Below, piece after piece: positions 8,480 to 18,508 of a stretch of DNA of 64,000 nt. The notes below the pieces were generated by a model, which saw only the letters and a list, made by a program, of their open reading frames with translations, ran no database searches and was not told the origin of the DNA. The position numbers and the translations under genes are program-made. Source of the stretch: Chloroflexota bacterium. GTDB lineage: Bacteria; Chloroflexota; UBA11872; VXNJ01. Position 1 is the first letter of the stretch; each line of letters opens with the position of its first letter. Location: assembly GCA_965217845.1 (NCBI GenBank), contig OZ244573.1, positions 560,456-624,455 on the forward strand, written 5' to 3'.

Positions 8480-11140
8480 TCAACGCCAGCGGGTCCCGGC
8501 CGGCAGGTCAATCACCGCCGCCGCCGGCATGGCAAGCTCGCCCGCGGCGCGGTCGAAGAACTCGAGCGTCTGTGGATGGCAGGTGAACACCAGCAGCTGA
8601 TTTGTCTGCGCCAGTTGCAGCAGCGCCTGGGCGGCCCGCCGGGCGCGTTCGGGGTCGAAGTTGACCAGGATCTCGTCGACCGCCACCGGTAGCGCCCGCA
8701 TCCGCCGGCCAAGCTCGGCGATCAGGCCGAAGCGCAGCGCCAGATACAGCTGTTCGCGGGTCCCGCGACTGAGTTGGCGCGGTTCCTTTCTGACCCCGGT
8801 TCGGTCCACGACCGCGATCTCGTCAGACCCCAATGGGGCCAGGATCTTGGGGTAGCGATCGTCGCTGAGCTGGGCGAATACCGACTGGGCAGTGCGGATG
8901 ATTCCGGGTTGGCGTTCGGTCTCGTAGCGCCGGCGCGCCTCGGCCAGGAGCTCGCCGGCCAAGGTCAACACCACCCACTCGCGCTCGGCGGCCGCCAGGC
9001 GCGTCATCAACACCGAACGCTCCTGCACCAAGCGGTCAGATTCCGATTCGGCGGCGAGCTCGGCGAGTTGGTTTGAAAGCCCGCCCTGGAAGAGCGCGTT
9101 CGCTTCCAGCTCGGATTCGATCTCGGCCTTGCGAGTGCGCGCGGCCGCCGCCGCCGCCGCCAGCTGGCCCTGATCGGTGGCGGTCAATTGGCCCTGCAAG
9201 TGGCCAAGGGAACAACCGACTTGGACCCAGCGCTGCAGTCGCCGGTCGGCCTGGATTTTGGCCTCGCCCAGTTCGCGGCGCTGCCGCAATTGCCGCTGCC
9301 GTTGGCGCAGCTGCTCAGAATCGTCGGCGCCGAGTTCGGCAAATAGTCGTGACCGCTGCTTGAGATCGGATTCGAGCACCTGGCTGCGGTGCGCCAGTTC
9401 CGATTCGGCCGCCTTGACCGCACTGTCCCACAGCGGCATTTGCGCATGCAGGCTGATGAGGGCATCGGCGACTTCCGCGACCGCTTCCGGAGACGACCGC
9501 TCGGTGGCAATGCCGAAGGTGTTGGCGAGGGTGCCCGCAAGATCTGTGTATTCGGCGATATCGCGCTTGATGGCGTCGATTCGCCTTTGCCAGGTATGGC
9601 AGTTGGCGACCGCCGCCCGGGCGCGCTCAAGCGTGGTCCGTAATTCGCCCACCCGCTCCGGCGTCAGGGTGAGGTCAAGCTGCTTGGCTTTTAGAAAGTC
9701 CCGCCACTGAGAATGCGCTAGCTCGCTCTCGTGGGCGCGCCGTCCCTCACCACGGCGGCGCAGCAGGAGATATCTGAGCCCGGCGGCGGCGATCAGCACC
9801 ACACCGACGAGCGCCACGTTGGCCGCCGCGGAAGGCTCGATATAGGCGGGTTGGGCCCAGAGCAGCGCTGCCGCGCCAGAGATGCCGAGCAGGCTGGCGA
9901 GGGCGGCGACGGCGAGCCTGGCGCGGCGGCCGCGCCGAGGGTCGGGGTCGGATGAATGCCTGGGCGCGGCGCGGCCGACCCTTTCGGCAAGGCGGGCCAG
10001 CGCGCTAAGGTCTTCGGCCGAAAAATCGAACCCGGCAACCCGCTCGGCGGTCCAGTCCGGCCCCAGCTCTGCCAGCGCACCCGCCAGTGTGGCCAGGTGC
10101 TCGGCGTATTCGCGTTGACGCTGGGGCAGATCGGTGACCGAGCCCGCAAATGCGGAGCGCCCCCTAACCACCGGTTCGAGCATTTGGCGGCTGTCGGCCA
10201 GAACCCGTGGATCCATCTCTGCCGGGATCCGGGCCCTGGCATCGGCCAGCTCCCGCTGCGCGCGATCGCGCTCGCTGCGTCCGATCCGGACCCGTTCTTC
10301 AAGCGCGTTCAGGTGGTCGATGGCAGCGTCCGGCAGAGGGCCCGTCTGGGGCAGTTCACCGATACGGCGCGCGATTCCCTGCAGTTCGGTGAAATCGTCC
10401 CAGGCCGCCTGCAATCGGCGGACATGTTCAATTCGTTCGGCGGTGGCGTCAGCCGCCGCGCGCAGCGCTTGCGCCTTTCCTTCGGACCGGCCCAGTTCGG
10501 CTTTGATCTGTCCGTAGCGCCGTGCCTGGCCGCGGCTGAGTTCAAGCTGTTCGTCGATTTCCTGCAGCTGCCGGCGCAGCTGGAATAGCCGGTGTAAACG
10601 TCCCCGCGGGGAGTAGATGGCCTTGCGTTGCTGGTCGAGATCTGCGAGCGTTTTGGGCAGGTTGCGCTCGCCCACTCCGGCGCTGTAGATCTGGCGATTG
10701 ACGTTTTCGTCGCGCAGCAGCGCGTCGCTCTGCAACTCATCCAGGGTGAACGCGTAAAGGTTGGCAAAAAGGTCTTCGCCCTGGGCGCCGAGGAGATCGG
10801 CGAGGTACTCCTCTTCCCGCAGCTGGCCGTCGGGGGCGATGACCTCGACCGGCCCCCGACCCTTGCCCTCATGGCGTGTGACCGCGGTGACCGCCTCGGC
10901 ATCGCCGGCAAGTTCGATCAGGCCGCCGTGGCGACCGCCCTGGAGTGGCGGGTACCAGAGGTCGGCGCGCTGCCGCGGGAAGCCGAAAAGAATGGTGCGA
11001 ATGAATTCCAGGAGGGTGCTCTTACCGGCCTCGTTGGGCCCGCGGAATACGGTAATGCGCTCATCCAGGGGGCCGATATCCAGGTCCCGGAAGCGCCCGA
11101 ACCCGTCCACCCGCAGGCGCCGTATGGCCAGCCGGCTCAC
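8480..11140 (-). CDS. Rad50/SbcC-like AAA ATPase (YhaN-type)
   Basis: N-terminal Walker A GPNEAGKST and long Glu/Arg/Leu/Ala-rich coiled-coil regions. C-terminal signature-like LSRGTREQL, Walker B LPVAVDEILVNFD and H-loop FTCH. Start overlaps the upstream phosphoesterase gene by 4 nt. Confidence 0.8.
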   Translation of the reverse strand: MSRLAIRRLRVDGFGRFRDLDIGPLDERITVFRGPNEAGKSTLLEFIRTILFGFPRQRADLWYPPLQGGRHGGLIELAGDAEAVTAVTRHEGKGRGPVEVIAPDGQLREEEYLADLLGAQGEDLFANLYAFTLDELQSDALLRDENVNRQIYSAGVGERNLPKTLADLDQQRKAIYSPRGRLHRLFQLRRQLQEIDEQLELSRGQARRYGQIKAELGRSEGKAQALRAAADATAERIEHVRRLQAAWDDFTELQGIARRIGELPQTGPLPDAAIDHLNALEERVRIGRSERDRAQRELADARARIPAEMDPRVLADSRQMLEPVVRGRSAFAGSVTDLPQRQREYAEHLATLAGALAELGPDWTAERVAGFDFSAEDLSALARLAERVGRAAPRHSSDPDPRRGRRARLAVAALASLLGISGAAALLWAQPAYIEPSAAANVALVGVVLIAAAGLRYLLLRRRGEGRRAHESELAHSQWRDFLKAKQLDLTLTPERVGELRTTLERARAAVANCHTWQRRIDAIKRDIAEYTDLAGTLANTFGIATERSSPEAVAEVADALISLHAQMPLWDSAVKAAESELAHRSQVLESDLKQRSRLFAELGADDSEQLRQRQRQLRQRRELGEAKIQADRRLQRWVQVGCSLGHLQGQLTATDQGQLAAAAAAARTRKAEIESELEANALFQGGLSNQLAELAAESESDRLVQERSVLMTRLAAAEREWVVLTLAGELLAEARRRYETERQPGIIRTAQSVFAQLSDDRYPKILAPLGSDEIAVVDRTGVRKEPRQLSRGTREQLYLALRFGLIAELGRRMRALPVAVDEILVNFDPERARRAAQALLQLAQTNQLLVFTCHPQTLEFFDRAAGELAMPAAAVIDLPAGTRWR

Positions 11141-12429
11141 GAGTCGAGCAGATCCAGGGCGCGGGTCTCGGCGGCCGCGATAAGTTCGGCGCGGATGTCT
11201 TTCGACAGTCCCGCCCCGGAGAGGAATGGCCGATAAGCGACGTTGCCGTAGAGCTCGTCGAGGGCGGCTTCGAGTTCAGGGAGATCGAATTGGGACTGCG
11301 CCAACTGGTCGCAAACGTTGAGCAGATCGGCGACCAGGTCACCGCCGGCGCGGCGGCGGGCGCGGTCAAGCGGCGGATTGGTGTCGATGTCGATGCGGTC
11401 GCACCACACGAACGGCTCGGTGGCGACCCGCGAATTGAGCTCTTCGGCAAGGTCGGTGCCGGCCTCGCGCGATTGGAGGTATTCGTGCAGGGAGCCGCGG
11501 CCGTTGAGCCTGATTCGACAGAGCAGGGGTCGCCCGCCGGTGGCGGTGGCGGCCGCCCGCAGCCGGGAAAGGAATTCCTCAAGGAGTCCGGCCTGGCTCT
11601 CGATCGCGGTGATGTCGATTTCAAGGATCTCCATGCGGACGCGATCGGTGGCCACGAATTCGGGCCGCACCCGGCGGGAACGATCTACTTCGACCAGAAA
11701 GACGCCCCTGGGCCCGGTCTGGCTCCAGCGCAGCGCCTGGGCGCATCCCGCATAGACGGCCACGGGGTCGCGTTCGAGCAGCACCTGTGGCCGGTGTACA
11801 TGGCCGAGCGCCCAGTAGGCGATGCCGCGGTTTCTCAGGTCGGCCAAGCTGCAGGGCGCGTACTGGGCCTCGCCCGGGTCGTCGCCGACCGCGCAATGCA
11901 AGAGCGCGATGGCGATTTGACCGGGGTCGACCTGCGGCACCTCGCGGGCCAGGTTGCGCGGGCAGGCGGCGCTCTGGAACGAAGCCCCGTATACGGTGGC
12001 GCGCTCCGGCTGGGAAGGAACCAGCGGCGCGGCTTCGAGCTCGGGGCCGTAGCGGCGGCAGCTGTCGGGGAAGCGCAGACCGGCGTCCCAGCCGTCCAGC
12101 GGATCGTGATTGCCGCAGATTACGTGCGATGCGATCCCGGCCTGGTGCAGGCGCTGCAGGCCGTCGACGAAACGGTGCTGGGCGCGCAGGCTGCGCTCGG
12201 GATCATCGTAGGCGTCGCCGGCGATCAGGACGGCGTCGACCGACTGCTCGATCGCCAGGGAGACGATATCGTCCCAGGCCCCGAAGGGGGCCTCGAGAAG
12301 CGCCCTGGCGATCGGATCGGGCAGCTGCGAGCGCAGGCCCACGAAGGGCGACTGCAGGTGCATGTCGGCGGCATGGACGAATCGGAGCGGTTCGTTAGTT
12401 GCCACGGTTGTCACCGACCCCGCCCTCAA
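11137..12429 (-). CDS. SbcD/Mre11-like metallophosphoesterase DNA-repair exonuclease (YhaO-type)
   Basis: Calcineurin-like phosphoesterase motifs HAADMHL, GDAYD, GNHD and GHVH. Translationally coupled to the downstream ATPase. Confidence 0.8.
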   Translation of the reverse strand: MRAGSVTTVATNEPLRFVHAADMHLQSPFVGLRSQLPDPIARALLEAPFGAWDDIVSLAIEQSVDAVLIAGDAYDDPERSLRAQHRFVDGLQRLHQAGIASHVICGNHDPLDGWDAGLRFPDSCRRYGPELEAAPLVPSQPERATVYGASFQSAACPRNLAREVPQVDPGQIAIALLHCAVGDDPGEAQYAPCSLADLRNRGIAYWALGHVHRPQVLLERDPVAVYAGCAQALRWSQTGPRGVFLVEVDRSRRVRPEFVATDRVRMEILEIDITAIESQAGLLEEFLSRLRAAATATGGRPLLCRIRLNGRGSLHEYLQSREAGTDLAEELNSRVATEPFVWCDRIDIDTNPPLDRARRRAGGDLVADLLNVCDQLAQSQFDLPELEAALDELYGNVAYRPFLSGAGLSKDIRAELIAAAETRALDLLDS

Positions 12430-12444
12430 ACGGCGAAGTTGGCC

Positions 12445-13398
12445 CTACTTCTGGATGGGGATGTCATCGCGCCAGGATTCGACGTCGTCTTCGTAATTGG
12501 GTGGGACCGTTCCCTCGAGCGCGGCCAAAAACCCTTCCGGAAGTCCGCGCTGCATTGCCGTCACCGCCGATTGGACCTCGGCCGGGGTGCGGGCCCCGAA
12601 GCAGGTGGCATCGACAAGGTCCGAATCGGTGCAGAAAGCGATTGCGGCCTGGGCGACGGGGATGTCGAACTCGGCACACACCCGCGCCGCGGCCTGGGCG
12701 CGCTGGCGCAACGAACCCGGCGCCTGCCGGTAGGCGTGGGTCACGTTGGGGTCCTGCGGCGCGGCCAGCAGGCCGCTGCCGAAGGGCGCCCCGTTGACGA
12801 CTCCCACGCCCAACTCGCGGGCTCGCCTAAAGAGGCCTTCGGCGGCGCGATCGAGCAGGGTGTAGCGGTTGTGGTTAAGGAAGCAGTCAAATTCGCCGGT
12901 GTCGATGTAACGCCGGATCAATTCCACCGGACCGCCGGAGATGCCAATGCTGCCAACCACGCCCTCGTCGCGGAACTGTGCCAACGCGCGCAGCGCGCCG
13001 GCCATCACGTCGGCGAACTGGGCCAATTCGACATCGTGAATAAGCACTACTGGCAGGCGGTCGACGCCGAGTCGCTCCAGGCTCACCGGCAGGCAGGCGC
13101 GGGCCTGCTCGTACGAATAGTCGAAATCCCAGGGCCGGTAGCCGATCTTGGTCACCAGCACCAGGTCGTCGGGGACAAGGCCGGAAAGTTCGGCCAGGGC
13201 GATGCCTAAACGTTCCTCGGAGTCGCCGTACATCGGCGAGGTGTCGATGTAGTTGATCCCGCTTTTAAGCACCGTCTCGACCACCGCGATCGCATCGGCG
13301 ATGTTCTCGAGCCCGGAAAAGGATGCTATTCGGGCCGCGCCCTGGGCCAGGGGCGTAACCGCCAGCCCGGTGCGCCCGAAGGGACGCCGCCGCATCAC
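12445..13398 (-). CDS. aldo/keto reductase
   Basis: 317 aa with GINYIDTSPMYGDSEERLG and overall AKR layout. Confidence 0.85.
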   Translation of the reverse strand: MMRRRPFGRTGLAVTPLAQGAARIASFSGLENIADAIAVVETVLKSGINYIDTSPMYGDSEERLGIALAELSGLVPDDLVLVTKIGYRPWDFDYSYEQARACLPVSLERLGVDRLPVVLIHDVELAQFADVMAGALRALAQFRDEGVVGSIGISGGPVELIRRYIDTGEFDCFLNHNRYTLLDRAAEGLFRRARELGVGVVNGAPFGSGLLAAPQDPNVTHAYRQAPGSLRQRAQAAARVCAEFDIPVAQAAIAFCTDSDLVDATCFGARTPAEVQSAVTAMQRGLPEGFLAALEGTVPPNYEDDVESWRDDIPIQK

Positions 13399-13422
13399 CG
13401 CCTGCTCCGTGTCATTTGCGAG

Positions 13423-14400
13423 CTAGTCCACCGGGATGTCGGCTTCGTCGGTGATGACGCTGCCGATCTGGCGCATCTGCTTGACCAGCCAGATCATCTT
13501 GGCGTAGTGGAAATCGCGCAGGGTCTCGGGCTTACCGGACCAGGAGTGGAATCCCTGCCCGGCGCGGACCCCGTCCTTGCCCTGCTGGGCCATTTCGGCC
13601 AGATGCTTGGCCGACAGGTTGTCGGGGTCGTCGAGCTGGGCGTAGAGGTAGGCGGCCACCTTGGCGTGGTTGATGATCCCGCCCAAGTCGCGCCCGCCCA
13701 ACGGGCCAACCGAAATAAAGCGCGCTCCGAATCCGTAGCGGACCGCGTTGTCGATGTCCTCGGCCGAGGCTATTCCGGTCGCGTAGAGCTCTATCGCCTG
13801 GCGGGTCAAGCCGTGCTGAAGCCGGTTGTGAACGAACCCCGGGATGTCGACGTTGACGGTGATCGCCGACTTGCCCATCTTTTCCCAGGCCGCGCGGGTG
13901 ACCGCGATCGCTTCCACGTCGACTTTGGGGTGCTTGATCACCTCGACCAGCGGCAGGATATGGGCCGGCAGCACAAAGTGCGACCCGACCACCCGCCCCG
14001 GGTGGGTGCAGGCGTCGGCCATGTGCCGGATCGGGATGCCGGAGGTGTTGGACGCAATGATCGTGGCCGGATCGGTGATCTGGCCCAGCTGGCGGTAGAG
14101 CGCTTCCTTGGCCTCGCGGTTCTCGAATATGGCCTCGAGGATGAACTCAACTCCGTCGACGGCGTCCTCAAGCGTTGGGGCCGCCTCGATCCGCGCGTAG
14201 ACTGCCTCGGGCTCGCCGATCAGCAGGTCTTCGGCGGCGAGTTCATCGACGTAGCTGCGCATGTCGCGCAGCGCGCGCTCGACGTTGGCGGGATTCTGGT
14301 CAAATACCTTCACCCGCCCGCAACCCTGGGCCAACACCACTCCGATTTGGGGGCCGACCAGGCCGGCGCCGATAAGGGTTGCGTTTTCGAAGACGGACAT
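13423..14400 (-). CDS. 3-hydroxyacyl-CoA dehydrogenase family protein
   Basis: N-terminal Rossmann IGAGLVG, SNTSGIPI motif and a C-terminal helical domain. Confidence 0.8.
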   Translation of the reverse strand: MSVFENATLIGAGLVGPQIGVVLAQGCGRVKVFDQNPANVERALRDMRSYVDELAAEDLLIGEPEAVYARIEAAPTLEDAVDGVEFILEAIFENREAKEALYRQLGQITDPATIIASNTSGIPIRHMADACTHPGRVVGSHFVLPAHILPLVEVIKHPKVDVEAIAVTRAAWEKMGKSAITVNVDIPGFVHNRLQHGLTRQAIELYATGIASAEDIDNAVRYGFGARFISVGPLGGRDLGGIINHAKVAAYLYAQLDDPDNLSAKHLAEMAQQGKDGVRAGQGFHSWSGKPETLRDFHYAKMIWLVKQMRQIGSVITDEADIPVD

Positions 14401-14496
14401 GGGTGATCTTTTCCTCGATGCGGATGACGGTTGGGGTGTCGGCAGGTTGCGGCCACAACACCGCTTAAATTTTCGACTCTGGCCGAAAAGTCCCCT

Positions 14497-15786
14497 TCAA
14501 GGGAGCCCGGCGGGGCTCTCGGCGTGGAAGCGCCAGTAGCTGCGCGGCGGCTCGACCGGCCCTTTAAGGATCGGGTCGTCCGTGTCGGCCAGATACCGGT
14601 CAAGGCGCTCACGAAGTTCGGCGAATTCGGTAGCGCACTCCCTCTCCGAGGCCAGATTGACCTGCTCGCGCGGATCGTCGACCAAGTCGTAGAGCTCGTA
14701 TTCGGGCCGCGGCAGCGAGCGCAGCTGCCAGCGCATGTAAGGGACGATCGGCGACTGCTGAATGTCCCCGGCCAGCTGCAGGCCCGGGCGCTCCTCGAAG
14801 TTGCGAATCAGCTTGTGGGTAAGGGTTCGGACCGATCGCATCGGTTCGTAGAAATCGTGCCAGGTCAGTTCGGCAAACACATGGTCCCGCACCGCCGAAC
14901 CGCCCGCGAGGGCGTCCAGAAAGCTCACCCCGTCGATGCCGGGCGGCACGCGCTCAGGGGCGCCGGCCGCCGCCAGCAGCGTTGGAAGCAGGTCGACGTT
15001 GGATGTGAGTCCGTCGTAGCGGCCGCCCGCGGGCAGCCGGCCGGGCCAGGAAAGCACGGCCCCGATGTGGCAGCCGCGATCGGACAGCGTGCCCTTGGCC
15101 AACGGCATGGCGATGCCGTGATCGGCGGTAAATATCACCAGCGTCCGCTCGGCCAGCCCGGCGCGCTCGAGGGCTTTGAGAATCTGGCCCAATGACCAGT
15201 CGGCGCGGGCCACGTCGCCGTAGAAATTGGACATTTCGCGCCTGGTCTCAGGGATGTCGGGCAGGAAGTAGGGCACCGCCACCCGCTCGGGGTCGGGCCG
15301 GTCAGGCCAGTGATCGGTGAAGGGGCGGTGCGGCTCGAAGAACCCGGCCATGGCAAAGAAAGGTTCGCGGGCGCCGTGGGAGGCGATGAACGCCCCGAAA
15401 TTGGCGGCGACCCGCTCGCAGCGGCTTTCGGGGTCGTATATGTCAAAGCCGGAGGCATAGGGCTGGTCATTGACGCTCCAAACCCCGAAGCAGGCGGTCC
15501 GGTACCCCTCCTCGCGCAGCAGCGAGGCGAGGGTCGGGACCGAGGTGTCCAGGTTCCAGATTGCCCCGTTCTGAAGGCCCATCAGGCCGTGGCGGTGCGG
15601 TACCAGCCCGGTCATCATGCTGGCGCGCGAGGGCGAGCAGGTAGGGGCGGTGGCGAAATGGCGCTCCAGGACGATCCCGTCGCCGGCCAGGGCGTCGACA
15701 TTGGGCGTGACCGCGGAGTTATCGCGGTAGGGTCCCATGTAGGCGCCGATGTCGTGGCAGTGCACAAGCAGAATATTGGGACGCAA
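14497..15786 (-). CDS. sulfatase (formylglycine-dependent), apparently without signal peptide
   Basis: ILLVHCHDIG, CxPxR motif in APTCSPSRASMMTG, and FTADHG. The ORF track extends to 15996, but a TTG at 15786 preceded by GGAAGGA fits the conserved N-terminus (RPNILLVHCHD). Confidence 0.8.
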   Translation of the reverse strand: MRPNILLVHCHDIGAYMGPYRDNSAVTPNVDALAGDGIVLERHFATAPTCSPSRASMMTGLVPHRHGLMGLQNGAIWNLDTSVPTLASLLREEGYRTACFGVWSVNDQPYASGFDIYDPESRCERVAANFGAFIASHGAREPFFAMAGFFEPHRPFTDHWPDRPDPERVAVPYFLPDIPETRREMSNFYGDVARADWSLGQILKALERAGLAERTLVIFTADHGIAMPLAKGTLSDRGCHIGAVLSWPGRLPAGGRYDGLTSNVDLLPTLLAAAGAPERVPPGIDGVSFLDALAGGSAVRDHVFAELTWHDFYEPMRSVRTLTHKLIRNFEERPGLQLAGDIQQSPIVPYMRWQLRSLPRPEYELYDLVDDPREQVNLASERECATEFAELRERLDRYLADTDDPILKGPVEPPRSYWRFHAESPAGLP

Positions 15787-15917
15787 GGGACGGGGTCCTT
15801 CCGGCGAAGGGCGGCAGCGGCCGGCCCCGATTATTTTGGCCCTTGCCGATTCCGGGATTGGAAAGGCGATCGGATGGAAGCCTATCCGGGCGATGACGCG
15901 ATTGCGGGGAACCGGGT

Positions 15918-17816
15918 TTGACCGATAGCCGTCCCCGGCCGGGCCCGCTACTGGAACTGGCCCGAAATGCCCGTGCGGCCCAGCGGCCGCTGGCATTAGG
16001 AGAGGTCTGGCTCGGGTCGGGTTTCCTTAACGCCTGGCGGACGCCGATGCTGGCCAAGGGCCTTGGCCACCAGTGGCAGCAGCTTCTAAAGGAAGGCATG
16101 CTGGATCGGCTCGAGCTCGCCCGCCGCGGCCGGGCGCCGGCCAATCGGCGGCGCATGTTCGCCGGCGAGGCGCGGCTTTACAAATGGCTGGAATCAGCCT
16201 GCATAAAGCAGGCCGAATCCCCCGACGGGCTGACCGCAGAACGGGTTGAGCAGGCGATCGCGGGCATCGCGGCGATGGCTGACGGCGACGGATATGTCGG
16301 TCTGACATACCCTGCCGAGCTGTCCGAGCGCCGCTGGCGCGATCGCCCCCGCGGGCACGAACTTTTCGCTGCCGGGCACCTGATCCAGGCGGCGTTGACC
16401 GCGCATTCGGCGCTGGGCGATAAACGCCTGCTGGAGAAGGCCACGGCGCTGGCCGACCTGATCGGCGCGAAGGCCCGTGCGGGCGAGCTGGCCGACTACC
16501 GCGACCATCCCTGCTGCGAAATGGCCCTGATCGAACTCTGGCGCAGCACCGGCCGGCGCCGCTACCTTGAGACCGCCGAGTACCTGATCTCGCTGCATGC
16601 CGGCAGCGCTGCCGAGCCGGTCCGGGGGCATGCCGTCTGCCTTACTTATTTCGCCGCCGCCCTGGCCGACGCGTTCCTGGAGACCGGCCGCGAGTCCTAC
16701 CTGGAATGGTCGCAGCGCTGGTGGGGCGACGTTCTCGCGCGCAATGCCTACATCACCGGTGCGGTAGGAGGACGTCCCGCGGGCGAGTCCTTCGGGCGTC
16801 CCTATGAACTCCCTCACGAGGGTGCCTATGCCGAGTCGTGCGCCGCCATCGGGATGGTGATGTGGGCGCAGCGGATGCTCGCGGCCACCGGCCGCGGCGA
16901 ATATGCCGACCAGCTGGAGAGCAGCCTCTACAACGCCGTGCTGGCGGGGGCCTCTTTAGACGGCAAGTCCTACTTCTACGACTGTCCGCAGGCGCGCTTT
17001 GAGCCCGAGACTGACCCGCCCTGGGTAGAGCCGCCGGGCCAGCGCGTCGGTGACCGGCGCCGGCGCCAGGACTGGTTCTTTGCCCGGGTGGCCTGCTGCC
17101 CGCCCAACCTGGCCCGCGTCCTGGCGCAGCTGCCCGGCTACCTCTACGGCTTTGACGGCTGCGATCTTTGGTTCAACCTGTATGCTCAATCCCGGGTCGA
17201 CCTGCCTCTCGACGGTGGGGCCGGGTTGCGCCTGCGGACGCAGACGCAATATCCCTATGAGGGCAGCGTCCGGATAACAATCGAGGCGGCCCCGCCCCAG
17301 TGCGGGCTGCGCCTGCGCTTGCCGGGCTGGTGCCGCCGGGCGGCCCTGCAGCGCAACGGGGCCGAGCAGGCAGCAACATCAAAAGACGGATACCTGGTCG
17401 TACCCGGTCCGCTGGCGGCGGGCGATCGGTTCGATCTTTCGCTGGCGATGCCGGTCGAGCTGGCGCGCGCGCGACCACAATTGCTTGAGGCGCGCGGCCA
17501 GGCGGCGGTATTGCGCGGACCGCTCGTCTACTGTCTGGAGAGCATCGACCACCCCGACGTGGATCTGCGCGAGCTGCAGCTCATGCCCGACGCTGGGCCA
17601 ACCGCCCGCCTCGAGCCCGGTCCGCTGGCGTCGCGGGCGATCCGCCTGGACGGCGCCCAGACAGAATCCTGGACGCAGTTGTATCGGCGCGGCGCCGCTA
17701 CGGCGGCGTCAGCGGGCCGGCGCGAGTTGCTGGCGGTGCCGTTTGCCATCTGGGACAACCGCGGCCCGGGGCAGATGGCGATCTGGACTGCACTGGCCCC
17801 GTCAGCGGACGAGTGA
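15918..17816 (+). CDS. glycoside hydrolase family 127 (beta-L-arabinofuranosidase-like, DUF1680)
   Basis: 632 aa with the Cys-rich ACCPPNLARVLAQLP motif typical of GH127 as I remember it. Start codon uncertain (TTG at 15918). Confidence 0.7.
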   Translation: MTDSRPRPGPLLELARNARAAQRPLALGEVWLGSGFLNAWRTPMLAKGLGHQWQQLLKEGMLDRLELARRGRAPANRRRMFAGEARLYKWLESACIKQAESPDGLTAERVEQAIAGIAAMADGDGYVGLTYPAELSERRWRDRPRGHELFAAGHLIQAALTAHSALGDKRLLEKATALADLIGAKARAGELADYRDHPCCEMALIELWRSTGRRRYLETAEYLISLHAGSAAEPVRGHAVCLTYFAAALADAFLETGRESYLEWSQRWWGDVLARNAYITGAVGGRPAGESFGRPYELPHEGAYAESCAAIGMVMWAQRMLAATGRGEYADQLESSLYNAVLAGASLDGKSYFYDCPQARFEPETDPPWVEPPGQRVGDRRRRQDWFFARVACCPPNLARVLAQLPGYLYGFDGCDLWFNLYAQSRVDLPLDGGAGLRLRTQTQYPYEGSVRITIEAAPPQCGLRLRLPGWCRRAALQRNGAEQAATSKDGYLVVPGPLAAGDRFDLSLAMPVELARARPQLLEARGQAAVLRGPLVYCLESIDHPDVDLRELQLMPDAGPTARLEPGPLASRAIRLDGAQTESWTQLYRRGAATAASAGRRELLAVPFAIWDNRGPGQMAIWTALAPSADE

Positions 17817-17850
17817 CGATGGGCCGCAACGAAGAACTGACCGCAACCGA

Positions 17851-18438
17851 ATGGAGCATTCCCGAATGCAGGTAACCGAAGCGATCGCTGCCCGGCGCAG
17901 TGTCAACCGCCTCACCGACCGCATGCCCGACCGCGCCCAGATCAGGAAGATGATCGAGGCTGCCACCTGGGCCCCGAACCACCGTTTCACCCAGCCGTGG
18001 CGGTTTCATGTCATTGCCGGCGAAGACCGCCAGCTGTTCGGTCAGCACCTGGCCGATGCCAAGCGCCGGCGCTGCCCGCCGCGGAGCGATGCCGATGCGG
18101 CCGCTCTGAAAAAGACCGCCGGCCTCTTCCTGCGGGCCCCGCTGGTGATCACGGTGTCGGTAGCGCGATCTGCCGACCGGGTGCAGGATCTGGAGGACTA
18201 CGGCGCCAGCTGCGCCGCCATTCAGAACATGATGCTGGCGGCCTGGGAGATGGAGATCGTCTCCAAGTGGCGCACCGGCGACGCCGCCCAGGATCCGGCC
18301 GCCCGCGAATACCTGGGCATCGGACCCGATGACCGTATCGCCGGCTATATCTACCTGGGTTTTCCATCGAAGGGGCCGATCCCGCCACCGCGCCAGCGTG
18401 ACCGCGGCGTAATCAACTGGCGGTCGCTGCCCGAGTAG
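17851..18438 (+). CDS. nitroreductase family protein
   Basis: AIAARRSVNRL and APNHRFTQPWRF motifs. The ATG at 17851 removes the Arg/Pro-rich N-terminal extension that overlaps GH127. Confidence 0.8.
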   Translation: MEHSRMQVTEAIAARRSVNRLTDRMPDRAQIRKMIEAATWAPNHRFTQPWRFHVIAGEDRQLFGQHLADAKRRRCPPRSDADAAALKKTAGLFLRAPLVITVSVARSADRVQDLEDYGASCAAIQNMMLAAWEMEIVSKWRTGDAAQDPAAREYLGIGPDDRIAGYIYLGFPSKGPIPPPRQRDRGVINWRSLPE

Positions 18439-18508
18439 CGCCGAGGGCGCGTTTCGACACCCGGAAGCGGGGTGCCGACCTGCGCGCCAAGCGAGGCCCG
18501 CGGATGTG

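Noticed and set aside
7491-8692. Overlapping 292-aa (-) and 275-aa (+) ORFs around the second EamA gene
   Set aside because: They are alternative-frame or antisense readings of the EamA transporter gene. The translations are Arg/Gly/His-rich, whereas the chosen frame gives regular hydrophobic helices.
11290-13209. 639-aa plus-strand ORF, the second-longest unexplained ORF in the track
   Set aside because: It is antisense to the well-supported SbcD-like and aldo/keto reductase genes. The translation is Gly/Ala/Arg/Val-rich with no recognisable motifs, which is a typical high-GC antisense artefact.
17485-17850. N-terminal 122-residue extension of the nitroreductase ORF
   Set aside because: It overlaps the GH127 3' end and is Arg/Ala/Ser-rich. 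The conserved nitroreductase N-terminus begins at the ATG at 17851.
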